From assembly GCA_027306505.1 (NCBI GenBank), contig DAHUZP010000017.1, positions 47,244 through 111,243 of the forward strand: 64,000 nt of DNA. The letters run 5' to 3'. Source of the stretch: Thermoplasmata archaeon. Lineage in GTDB: Archaea > Thermoplasmatota > Thermoplasmata > Lutacidiplasmatales > UBA184. Of the stretch, positions 35,856 through 44,485 are shown piece by piece (positions within the stretch are counted from its first letter, which is position 1; every line of letters starts with the position of its first letter). The translations under genes were made by a program, and so were the position numbers. Under the pieces are notes generated by a model. It was not told where the DNA came from, ran no database searches, and was given only the letters and a program-made list of their open reading frames with translations.

Positions 35856-36821
35856 ATGATCTACGTTCGGAAGGCCGGGGTCGTTGGTGCGGGGACCATG
35901 GGGGCTGCCATCGCCGAGGTGCTGGCCTTCAACGAGGTCAACGTCGTGCTCAAGGAGGTCAACGAGGAGCTCCTGGCGAAGGGCATGGCCCGGGTCAAGG
36001 GGATCGTGGACGAGCTCGTCGCCTTCCACGAGGGCCGGGCGGACAAGGAGATCGCCCGCATCGAGGAGATGGGGCTCAAGCTCAACGAGGAGCAGAAGGG
36101 CGCCATACGCCAGAAGCTCAAGCCCAAGGTCGACCGCAAGCGAGGGGACGCGATCATCGCCCGGGTGAAGGGCACCACCAGTTGGGACGACTTCAAGGAC
36201 GTCGACCTCGTGGTCGAGGCGGCCTTCGAGAAGGAGTCCGTCAAGAAGGAGGTCTTCGCGGCGCTCGACCGCAGCCTTCCCGACCACGCGATCATCGCCT
36301 CCAACACCTCTTCGCTCTCGATCACCCAGCTCGCGAAGGGACTGAAGCACTGCGGGAACACGCTCATCGCCCACTTCTTCAACCCTCCCTACACGCTGCC
36401 CTTGGTCGAGATCGTCGCGGGCGTGGACACCCGCGAGGACGTGGTCAGCGACGTGATGGAGTTCTTCCAGGGGCTGCGCAACCACCGGTTCCCGATGGTG
36501 CCCATCCGCGTGAAGGAGGTCCCCGGCTTCCTCGTGAACCGCCTGCTCATCCCGATGCTCAACGAGGCCTGCTTCGCCCTCGAGGAGGGCGTCGCGAGCG
36601 CCCGGGACATGGACATCGCGCTCAAGGCCGGGGCCGGGAACCCCATGGGTCCCCTGGAGCTCGCCGACATGATCGGGCTCGACGTCTGCCTCGACGTCGC
36701 GGAGATCCTGCACCGGGAGTACGGCGACCCCAAGTACCGGCCCGCGATCGCGCTCAAGAGGCTGGTCGCGGCGGGTCACCTCGGCCGCAAGACCGGCCGC
36801 GGCTTCTACGAGTACACCTGA
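35856..36821 (+). CDS. 3-hydroxyacyl-CoA (3-hydroxybutyryl-CoA) dehydrogenase
   Basis: Rossmann GVVGAGTMGAAIA. ...NTSSLSI..., ...HFFNPP... and C-terminal ...GRKTGRGFYEY typical of HBD/FadB. SD GAGGGCG upstream. Confidence 0.85.
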   Translation: MIYVRKAGVVGAGTMGAAIAEVLAFNEVNVVLKEVNEELLAKGMARVKGIVDELVAFHEGRADKEIARIEEMGLKLNEEQKGAIRQKLKPKVDRKRGDAIIARVKGTTSWDDFKDVDLVVEAAFEKESVKKEVFAALDRSLPDHAIIASNTSSLSITQLAKGLKHCGNTLIAHFFNPPYTLPLVEIVAGVDTREDVVSDVMEFFQGLRNHRFPMVPIRVKEVPGFLVNRLLIPMLNEACFALEEGVASARDMDIALKAGAGNPMGPLELADMIGLDVCLDVAEILHREYGDPKYRPAIALKRLVAAGHLGRKTGRGFYEYT

Positions 36822-36925
36822 GCCCCGTGAGCGGCACGGACCCCCATCCGTGCGCGGCGGTCCGGCCCGCCCCAAACGCTCCCCCGGACCCGGGCCGGCA
36901 CGAGAGGAGGCATTGCGAACCACCC

Positions 36926-39900
36926 CTACGGCGGGGACGGAGGTCCCGAGCGGCCGTCGTCATCGGCCCCCACCGGACCCGAAGGGGCCCAGAGGGAGCT
37001 CGCCTGGGAGGAAGGGCCAGGGCGGGCGGAGCTGGAGGTCGTGCTCGAGGCGCCGGCGCCCGGGGACGATGGCTCCTCGGGCGCCCGCGCGACGGGGCCT
37101 TTGGTGTCCGCGTGGCGGCGGGCCCGCCGGTAGCGCAGGCGGTGGTGGACCCAGAGGAGCGCGCCCAGGAGCAAGAGGACGCTCGACAGCGCGTAGATCG
37201 GGGAGACGAGGCCTGCCGAGCTCATGTGGGACGGGTCGAGGAGGTAGGAGCCGAGGCCATAGCCTCCCAGCGCCCCGACGAGCGCACCTGCCCCAAGGAA
37301 GCTCGCGGAGAGCGTCGGTTCCCAGCGGAGCGGTCGCACCGCCTCGCGCTGGGCGGGGGTGAACGGGGTGCGGTGCTTCCATCCGATCCTGAGGAGCTCG
37401 ATGCCCGCGATCGCGAGCAGCAGCAGGAGCCCTGCGATGAACGCGAAGAACTCGACGCCTAGCGTGAGCGCGAGCGAGCCGCCGAGGACCTCCGCGATGA
37501 CCGGTCCTTGGAGCGACGGGCTCGAGGAGCTCACGACCGTGCCGTTCACGATGCTGCGTCCGTAGAACCGGACCGCCCCGGACTCGCTGGTGAGCAGCCC
37601 CCGCTGCCAGATCGTCCCCGTGATGTTCGCCCCGCCCGGGAAGGTCGCGGTGTCGTTGGGGAGCACGATGGTCCCCGAGAGGCCAAGGCCCCCCACGGAC
37701 ATGCCGCCGTTCACTTCCATGAAGCCGGCGAGCGTCGCACCTTTCCCGAGGGTCACATACCCCACTGTGGAGCTCGCTCCCCAGACGCTTGCGCTCCCCG
37801 AGGCGACGGTATGCCCGACGATCCGGCTCGAGCCGTCGACGTAGTAGCCGGTCGAGTTCGCGACGATCGTGCCGTGCGAGACCGTGAAGCCGGTGAGCGC
37901 GATGCTCCCCCGGAGCAGGAACTGCCCCCAGTCGAGCGTGTAGTTCCCCGCGACGTCGAGCCCCGGAAGGTCCGTGCGCCCTTGCGTGTAGACCGGTCCG
38001 TTGAAGTCCGCTGTCCCCGAGAGTTGGACCGTGCCCCGGGAGTAGACCATCCCGCTCGCGGCGAGCGCGCCTGAGATCGTGACCTGGGAGGAGGTGAGCG
38101 TCGCCGAGCCCTGGATGGTGACGTTCCCGGAGGTGTTCACGTTCCCCAGCACGTGGGCCGCGTTCGCGAGGTTGATGTCGCCCACGAGCGAGAGGGTCGA
38201 GCCCGGCGAGGTCGACAGGGTCGAGTCCCCCGTCACCACGACGGTGCCGGTCATGTAGAGGTCACCCACGATGGAGGAGGTACCGACCTCGGAAAAGATC
38301 CCCTGGTCCACCGTGAGGATGCCCGTGAGCGTGACGTTGCCCGCGACACCGCTCGTGCCGCTCGCGTTCACCGAGCCCCCCGACGAGGAGAGGCCGAAGG
38401 TCCCCAGGAGGCTCATGCCGGGGAACTGGGCGAGCCCGCTCGAGGTGACCGCTCCGGTGAAGATGGTGACGCCGAGGACGGAGACGTTACCGCGCGCTTC
38501 GACGACCCCGACGACCTTGAGCCCCGTGGGGAAGGAGACGGTGGTGCCGTTGAAGCTGGAGGTCCCGTTCGTGAAGGAGGCGCCCTGGACGAACACGCTG
38601 CCCTGCACCCGGGAGGTCCAGCTCGGTCCGGTGGGCCCGTTGACGACCCCCATGAGGACCGTCGCATTGAGGTTGAGCGAGCCTCCGGGGGCGGTCAGGA
38701 GCTCGGCCGCCCCCTGGACGGTGATGCTCCGGTTCACGTCGACCGTCCCGTTCAGCCACGACGAGCCGGTGACCGAGTAGGTGGAAGCGTTGACCCAGGT
38801 CCACCCGCGAGCGGTGGAGGTGCCTTGGAGCAGGGTGCTGCCGACGCCCACGAAGGAGCCGTCGTGGAGCAGGAACGTGCCGTCCATGAACGCGTGCGGC
38901 AACGAGATGTCTCCGGAGCTCGAGACGTTCCCGAGGAACGCGGTGGTCCCATCGGTCCCCACGCCGCCGGAGGCGGTCATGGAGCCGTTCAGCGAGAGGT
39001 TCCCCTCGATGTGGATGAGCGTAGCGTTCTGGGTCAGCGTACCTTCGATCGCGATGTCCCCCGAGGCGTTGGTGCTACCGTCGATCGTGACGTCGGAGTC
39101 GATCGTGGTGTACCCGCTCGTGACCACGCCGTGGCCAGGGGCGCTCACGATGTGGATGTCCGGTCCCAGCTGGAGCTTGTGGTTGAACACCTGCTCCCCC
39201 GCGCTGTCCATCTCCCCGACGATGGTGAGCCCGCCATCGTTGTAGAACGTGCCGCCGTTCGAGGCCGACGCCTCGGCGCTGAAGGTCCCTTCGACCGTGA
39301 CCGCGGCCTCCAGGTCCTCGCCGTGGGAGACGGTCACCCGTCCGAGGGTCGCCACCAGGGCGGGGTAGCTCGCGCCGGGGGAGACGATGAGCTGGGGCGA
39401 GCCCAGGTCCGGATCCATGGAGAGGTTGACGCCGGCGCTGGGCGGGATCGCGATCGTGAGCCGGGTGTCCGGCATGGTCGCGGTCATCCCCTGCCCGCTC
39501 GTGGTGGTCGAGCCGAGGATGCTGAAATGGGCCCCCGCCGGCCATGTGATCGAGGTCACCGGCACAGCGATACACCCCAAGCCCACGATGCAGAACGCGG
39601 AGACGTACACCTGTCCCACGGCCACATTGATGGTGGTCGGGACCCCCAGGATGGACGCCTGGATCGAGATCGGTCCCGAGGAGTTCGCGTAGTTCAGGAT
39701 CTGGGAGGCGTTGCCGACGTTGATGTTGGCCCCACCGCCGTAGCTGTAGAACCCGCCTGCCTGGCGGGCCTGGATGGTGATGTTGACCCCGGTCGTGGTC
39801 ATGAGGAAGGTCTGGCCGTTCGCGGGGTCGCCCAACTGGATGTTCCCCTGCAGGATGTTGAGCGCGGTCGTGTTGAGCGGCGAGGGGGAGACCCAAAGGT

Positions 39901-40591
39901 TCGAGCCCGGGTGGGAGGTGAAGACGGCGGCGGGACTCCCGGGGAGGGAGGCGATGTGCATCGAGCCCACCACGACGGTGGGGCCATAGTCCGCCCATCC
40001 GGCGGTCTCGGTCAGGTTCGACGTGACCGCGGACCCGATGATGTGGACGGTACCGTCGAGATAGGTGGTGCCGGCCGATAGCGTGCCGTTGAGGTGGACG
40101 CTCCCGTTGATCGCCGTGGACGGGGGAGAGGTCGAACCATGGATCCATGGGACCTTGGACGTGGGAGCGCTCACGGTCCCGGCGAGGGTGGTCCTGACCG
40201 GGGCCGGAGCGCTGCCTACGGTGGGCAGAGCCCCGGGAGGCGGCCCTCCCGTCCTCATCGAGGGTGGGAGGGTGGTCGAGGAGGCTACGGTGCCGGACGA
40301 GGTCGCGAGAGCGCCCGTCGCGCCGTGCGAGGTCAGCAGCAGAGCGCTCGCGCTGCTCAAGAGCAGAAGGGCGACCACGACCGACCGGATCTGTGCTCCT
40401 GACAAGTCCAAGGCCCGTCGCCGCTCTCGCGGTCTTCGACTCGATTCTCCGCTCCGTAATGAGGGTTGGCTCGGGCGACAACGCCCCCTCCACCTCGAAG
40501 CCGGACGGTCCGAGGGGGGGGCGTGACGAGAATCGTAATGTCTGCTTTTCGACCGACAGGTATATACTGTTTGTCTGACAAGTGTCAGCAC
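36926..40591 (-). CDS. Giant (about 1220 aa) beta-helix/adhesin-like surface protein with C-terminal TM segments
   Basis: Signal-like VVVALLLLSSASALLL. Long G/T/S/N-rich repetitive body (GT..VT.G, TISG... repeats). Two C-terminal hydrophobic helices. No in-frame ATG near the N-terminus, so a GTG/TTG start is likely. Confidence 0.65.
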   Translation of the reverse strand: MLTLVRQTVYTCRSKSRHYDSRHAPPSDRPASRWRGRCRPSQPSLRSGESSRRPRERRRALDLSGAQIRSVVVALLLLSSASALLLTSHGATGALATSSGTVASSTTLPPSMRTGGPPPGALPTVGSAPAPVRTTLAGTVSAPTSKVPWIHGSTSPPSTAINGSVHLNGTLSAGTTYLDGTVHIIGSAVTSNLTETAGWADYGPTVVVGSMHIASLPGSPAAVFTSHPGSNLWVSPSPLNTTALNILQGNIQLGDPANGQTFLMTTTGVNITIQARQAGGFYSYGGGANINVGNASQILNYANSSGPISIQASILGVPTTINVAVGQVYVSAFCIVGLGCIAVPVTSITWPAGAHFSILGSTTTSGQGMTATMPDTRLTIAIPPSAGVNLSMDPDLGSPQLIVSPGASYPALVATLGRVTVSHGEDLEAAVTVEGTFSAEASASNGGTFYNDGGLTIVGEMDSAGEQVFNHKLQLGPDIHIVSAPGHGVVTSGYTTIDSDVTIDGSTNASGDIAIEGTLTQNATLIHIEGNLSLNGSMTASGGVGTDGTTAFLGNVSSSGDISLPHAFMDGTFLLHDGSFVGVGSTLLQGTSTARGWTWVNASTYSVTGSSWLNGTVDVNRSITVQGAAELLTAPGGSLNLNATVLMGVVNGPTGPSWTSRVQGSVFVQGASFTNGTSSFNGTTVSFPTGLKVVGVVEARGNVSVLGVTIFTGAVTSSGLAQFPGMSLLGTFGLSSSGGSVNASGTSGVAGNVTLTGILTVDQGIFSEVGTSSIVGDLYMTGTVVVTGDSTLSTSPGSTLSLVGDINLANAAHVLGNVNTSGNVTIQGSATLTSSQVTISGALAASGMVYSRGTVQLSGTADFNGPVYTQGRTDLPGLDVAGNYTLDWGQFLLRGSIALTGFTVSHGTIVANSTGYYVDGSSRIVGHTVASGSASVWGASSTVGYVTLGKGATLAGFMEVNGGMSVGGLGLSGTIVLPNDTATFPGGANITGTIWQRGLLTSESGAVRFYGRSIVNGTVVSSSSPSLQGPVIAEVLGGSLALTLGVEFFAFIAGLLLLLAIAGIELLRIGWKHRTPFTPAQREAVRPLRWEPTLSASFLGAGALVGALGGYGLGSYLLDPSHMSSAGLVSPIYALSSVLLLLGALLWVHHRLRYRRARRHADTKGPVARAPEEPSSPGAGASSTTSSSARPGPSSQASSLWAPSGPVGADDDGRSGPPSPP

Positions 40592-40751
40592 GGATGACGC
40601 CTGTGAACATCGAGCTGGCGCCGTTGTGCCAAGAGCCGAGCATCCGTGAGCGGTTCCGTCCCGTGGACCGGGCCTACGCCGAGGCCGGGCGGACCCTCTT
40701 CGCCATCGCGGGTGTGTCCGTCATACTGTTCCCAGCCGCCGAACGCGAGGA

Positions 40752-41183
40752 GTGAGCGGTGCCTTCCCCAGCACGCTCCCGCTTCCTTCGCGGGGTCCTC
40801 CTGGGACCCCACCACTGCCGGTCCTTCGTGGACCAGGGGCCCGGGGAGCCCCGGTTCCGATGCCGGCAGCGGGCGGACGCCCTTGCGGGCCCTCAGGGTC
40901 CCATGCGGTGCCGTGTCCGAGGGTCGCGGTCGAGCCCGCTGGGGAGGGCGCCGCTGTTGAGGAGCTGCAAGTGCCCGCGTTGAGCTCCGTCCCGGGCACC
41001 TGGTGGTCGACGCTGTGGCGTTGGCCCACCTCCGGAGGTTCCACGCATAATCGTCGGTGTCGATGGTGCATCGACGGACAGATCACCTGCCCGAGCTGCG
41101 CCGTGGGCAAGCCCGACTGCCACCGATGCAGCGGCAAGGGCAAGATCGTCTGTCTGGTCTGTGGTGGCGAGTCCGCGGTCTAG
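40752..41183 (+). CDS. Possible small protein ending in a DnaJ-CR-like zinc finger
   Basis: C-terminal CRWC...CPSCAVGKPDCHRCSGKGKIVCLVCGG (CxxCxGxG-type repeats). The N-terminal part is P/G-rich with a GTG start. Weak support. Confidence 0.25.
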   Translation: MSGAFPSTLPLPSRGPPGTPPLPVLRGPGARGAPVPMPAAGGRPCGPSGSHAVPCPRVAVEPAGEGAAVEELQVPALSSVPGTWWSTLWRWPTSGGSTHNRRCRWCIDGQITCPSCAVGKPDCHRCSGKGKIVCLVCGGESAV

Positions 41184-41363
41184 CGAGCTCGACCCTCTCC
41201 CGTCCCACCGTCCCCGCTCCTGCTCCGCGCCGTCGCTCGTCCCCGCGGGTCATCCTCGGTCCCGTCTCTGCATCGTCGCCTCGGCGGTCCCGGGGGAGAG
41301 GCCTGAAGAACCCTGTACCACTCCCCGGCGCCAACGGGCAAGGGTGGTGGGTCCGGGCCGTCC

Positions 41364-42671
41364 ATGAGCGTTCCAGCGGACCCCGGGACGATCCCCTGCC
41401 CCCACTGCGGGCGACCGATCCGCCTGACCGACGCCCTTCTCCACCCGATGGAGGAACGCGTACGGGCACGTGTCACGGAGGAATTGGCCGAGCGGGAGAA
41501 GGAACGTCTCGCAGAGCTCCTCCGCGAGCGCAAGAAACTGGAGGTGCGCGAGGCCGAGGTCCGGCACCAGGAGGAGGAGCTCCTCTCCAAGGTCGAGTCG
41601 CAGGTCCGGGAGCGGCTGCCCGGGCTACGGGCGGCCGCGCGTCAACAGCTCGAGGAGGATCGGAAGGTCGAGATGGAGGCCCTCCTCGCCCAGTTGCAGC
41701 TCGCGAAGGACCATCTCGCGACCTCCCAGAAGGAGGAGCTGAACCTGCGCCAGCGCACCGCGGCGCTGGAGCAAGAGAAACGGGAGCTCGACGTCCTCAT
41801 CGCCCGGCAGGTCGCGGAGGAGAGAGGTAAGCTCCAGAGCGAGCACACCCTCGAGCTTCGGCAGAAGGAAGAGGTCCTGGAGTCGCTCCGGCGCGAGATC
41901 TCCGACCTCAAGCAGCGCTCCGAGCAGGGATCCCAGCAGCTCCAGGGGGAGGTCCAGGAGCTCGAGCTCGAGGACATGCTCCGGGAGACCTTCCCGAACG
42001 ACGGGTTCGACCCGGTCCCCAAGGGGAAGGAGGGCGCGGACGTCCTCCAGATCGTCCGCCACGCCCCTGGCCACCACTTCGGGAAGATCCTGTGGGAGTC
42101 GAAGCGGACCAAGGAGTGGTCGAAGGACTGGGTCTCGAAGGTGAAGAAGGACCAGAGCGACGTCGTAGCGGACATCGCGGTCATCGTGACCCGGGCCATG
42201 CCCGAGGACGTCCCCACCTTCGGCGACCACGCGGGCGTGGTCGTGACGAGCTTCCGTTACGTCGTCCCCCTCGCGGCCCTCCTCCGTTCGAAGGTCGTCG
42301 ACCTCTCCAAGGCGAGGCAGGCGAACGTCGGCCGGTCCGACAAGAAGGAGATGCTCTACTCGTACGTGACAGGGAACGAGTTCCTGAACGCCTTCCGCAA
42401 CGCGGTGGAGGCCAGCGCGGAGGTGATCACAGAGCTCCAATCCGAACGGATGGCGATGGCCAAGCGCTGGAAGCGCCGGCAGAAGCTCATCGAGCGAAAC
42501 CTCCAGGCGATCGCGGAGGTCTACGGCAGCGTGCAGGGGCTGGTGGGCGCCTCCCTACCTGAGATCCCCGCCCTGAACCTGGAGCCCATGGACGGGTCGG
42601 TGCAGCTCTCCCTCCCCGACGGGGAGGAAGAGGACGAGCCTGCCGAGAAGGGGTCCGACGCACGCGACTAG
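41364..42671 (+). CDS. DUF2130-like coiled-coil protein with C-terminal PD-(D/E)xK-like nuclease motif
   Basis: About 230 aa of heptad-rich E/R/L/Q sequence, then ...GADVLQIV...GKILWESKRTKEW..KDWVSKVKKDQ..., which matches the conserved DUF2130 core (D..E-S-K). Confidence 0.65.
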   Translation: MSVPADPGTIPCPHCGRPIRLTDALLHPMEERVRARVTEELAEREKERLAELLRERKKLEVREAEVRHQEEELLSKVESQVRERLPGLRAAARQQLEEDRKVEMEALLAQLQLAKDHLATSQKEELNLRQRTAALEQEKRELDVLIARQVAEERGKLQSEHTLELRQKEEVLESLRREISDLKQRSEQGSQQLQGEVQELELEDMLRETFPNDGFDPVPKGKEGADVLQIVRHAPGHHFGKILWESKRTKEWSKDWVSKVKKDQSDVVADIAVIVTRAMPEDVPTFGDHAGVVVTSFRYVVPLAALLRSKVVDLSKARQANVGRSDKKEMLYSYVTGNEFLNAFRNAVEASAEVITELQSERMAMAKRWKRRQKLIERNLQAIAEVYGSVQGLVGASLPEIPALNLEPMDGSVQLSLPDGEEEDEPAEKGSDARD

Positions 42672-42702
42672 CCGGTGAGGCCCGCGCCCCATCCCCGTCA
42701 TT

Positions 42703-42726
42703 TTGTCGCCGGCGACAACATATAAG
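42703..42726 (+). promoter_or_regulatory. Perfect 16-bp palindrome TTGTCGCCGGCGACAA abutting a CATATAAG TATA box
   Basis: Located 36-60 nt upstream of the SCP2 gene ATG, in an operator-like position over BRE/TATA. GGGGAGG SD follows. Confidence 0.5.
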
Positions 42727-42761
42727 CAGGGCTCATCCTGGGGAGGCCCGCGAGGACGACC

Positions 42762-43166
42762 ATGGTGAAGTTCCCCAGCCAAGAGTGGATCGAACAGTTC
42801 AAGGAGAAGCTCAACCAGAACGCCGCCTACGAGGACGCGGCGAAGACCTGGGAAGGGGACTTCATCTTCCTGGTCGAGGCGGAAGGCGCCCTCCCCTCCT
42901 CCGTCGCCCTCTACATGGACCTCTTCCACGGCAAGTGCCGGGACGCGAAGATGCTCTCCTCCCCCGAGGAGAAGAGCGCCGCCTACACCTACCAGGGCCC
43001 CTACGGGAACTGGCGCAAGCTCATCAACAAGGAGATCGACCCGATCCAGGGGATGATGACGGGGAAGTTCAAGCTCAAGGGGAACATGATGAAGATCATG
43101 CGCTACACCCGCGCGGCGAAGGAGCTCATCAACACCGCGTCCACGATCCCGACGGAGTTCCCGTAG
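42762..43166 (+). CDS. SCP2 (sterol carrier protein 2) domain protein
   Basis: ...GKFKLKGNMMKIM... is the SCP2 signature. 134 aa. Confidence 0.7.
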   Translation: MVKFPSQEWIEQFKEKLNQNAAYEDAAKTWEGDFIFLVEAEGALPSSVALYMDLFHGKCRDAKMLSSPEEKSAAYTYQGPYGNWRKLINKEIDPIQGMMTGKFKLKGNMMKIMRYTRAAKELINTASTIPTEFP

Positions 43167-43248
43167 GGAGCTCGGGCCCCTCCCGTCCCCCGCCGCTCGA
43201 TCGACCCCCCCAGCGCAAGGAAGGAACGACGGAGGGCGCCGAGCTTAG

Positions 43249-44409
43249 ATGTGGTTCTTCACCTCACCGAAGATCGTCTTCGGCTCAGGCGCAATCGAGT
43301 TCCTGGCCTCGTTGCCCACCAAGAAGGCCCTCATCGTCTGCGACAAGTTCCTCTCCGAGAAGCGGGCCTACCAGCCCGTCGCGGAGCAGCTCACCAAGTC
43401 CGGGGCCCAGGTGAAGGTCTTCGGCGAGGTCGAGCCCGAGCCTCACATCGCGACGGTGGAGGCCGGGGTGAAACTCGCGAGGGAGTTCGAGCCCGACATG
43501 GTGGTCGGTTTCGGCGGAGGCAGCGCGATGGACATGGCGAAGGCCATCTACGCGCTCTACGAGCGACCCGACCTCACCATCTACGACCTCACCCCCATCG
43601 TGGAGCTCCACCTGGGACAGAAGGCCCGCCTGGTCCAGGTGCCTACGACCAGCGGGACCGGCAGCGAGACGACCTGGGCCACCATCATCACCGAGGGGGA
43701 GGGTGGGCGCAAGCTCGAGCTCGCCCATCGCGACCTGGTCGCGGACTGGGCGGTGCTGGACCCGCTCTTCCCGGGCTCCATGCCTCCCCGCCTCACCGCG
43801 GACACCGGGGCGGACGCCCTCGCCCACTCCATCGAGTCGATCTCCTCGGAGTGGTCGAACCCCTTCTCTGACGCCCTCGGGGTGAAGGCCGTGGACACCA
43901 TCTTCCGGTTCCTGCCGAAGGCGGTGAAGGGCGACCCGGTCCCCTCGGAGGTACGGGAGGAGCTCCACCTCGCGGCGGCCATGGCGGGGCTCTCCTTCGG
44001 GAACGCCCAGGTGGGCATCGGCCACGCGCTGGGCCACGCTCTGGGGTCGGTCTTCCACGTCCCGCACGGACGGACCGTGGGGCTCTTCCTGCCCTACCAC
44101 ATCGAGTACAACTTCAACGCCGCGCGCCCGAAGCTCGCCCGGCTCGGACCCGTCCTGGGCGAGTCCACCGTGCAGTCCGGCCGTGACCTCGCCGGGAAGG
44201 TCCGCTCGCTCTGGGACCAGATCGGTATGGCCCGGACCATTCCCGAGGCGGCGAAGATCACCGAGAAGGAGTTTGAGGAGAAGCTGCCCGAGCTCGTCGC
44301 CCGAGCGGACTCCTCCACCTGCGTCATCTCCAACGCCCGCGTCCCCAGCTCGAAGGAGCTGGAGCGGATCTTCCGGGCGGCCTGGAGCGGGAGCCCGATC
44401 GACTTCTGA
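43249..44409 (+). CDS. Iron-containing (group III) alcohol dehydrogenase
   Basis: ...GFGGGSAMD.AKA..., ...GTGSE.T..A.I..., ...H..E... metal-binding pattern. 386 aa. Confidence 0.85.
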   Translation: MWFFTSPKIVFGSGAIEFLASLPTKKALIVCDKFLSEKRAYQPVAEQLTKSGAQVKVFGEVEPEPHIATVEAGVKLAREFEPDMVVGFGGGSAMDMAKAIYALYERPDLTIYDLTPIVELHLGQKARLVQVPTTSGTGSETTWATIITEGEGGRKLELAHRDLVADWAVLDPLFPGSMPPRLTADTGADALAHSIESISSEWSNPFSDALGVKAVDTIFRFLPKAVKGDPVPSEVREELHLAAAMAGLSFGNAQVGIGHALGHALGSVFHVPHGRTVGLFLPYHIEYNFNAARPKLARLGPVLGESTVQSGRDLAGKVRSLWDQIGMARTIPEAAKITEKEFEEKLPELVARADSSTCVISNARVPSSKELERIFRAAWSGSPIDF

Positions 44410-44485
44410 ACCGGGCGACCGGTCCGGCCCGAGCGAGCGAACCAGCGCGACGAACGAACAAGCAGAACCGAGGGGAGAAGAGAGG

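Noticed and set aside
38153-40643. 642-aa plus and 522-aa minus ORFs within the giant surface protein gene
   Set aside because: Antisense or alternative frames. The D/R/G-rich composition is inconsistent with a secreted beta-helix protein.
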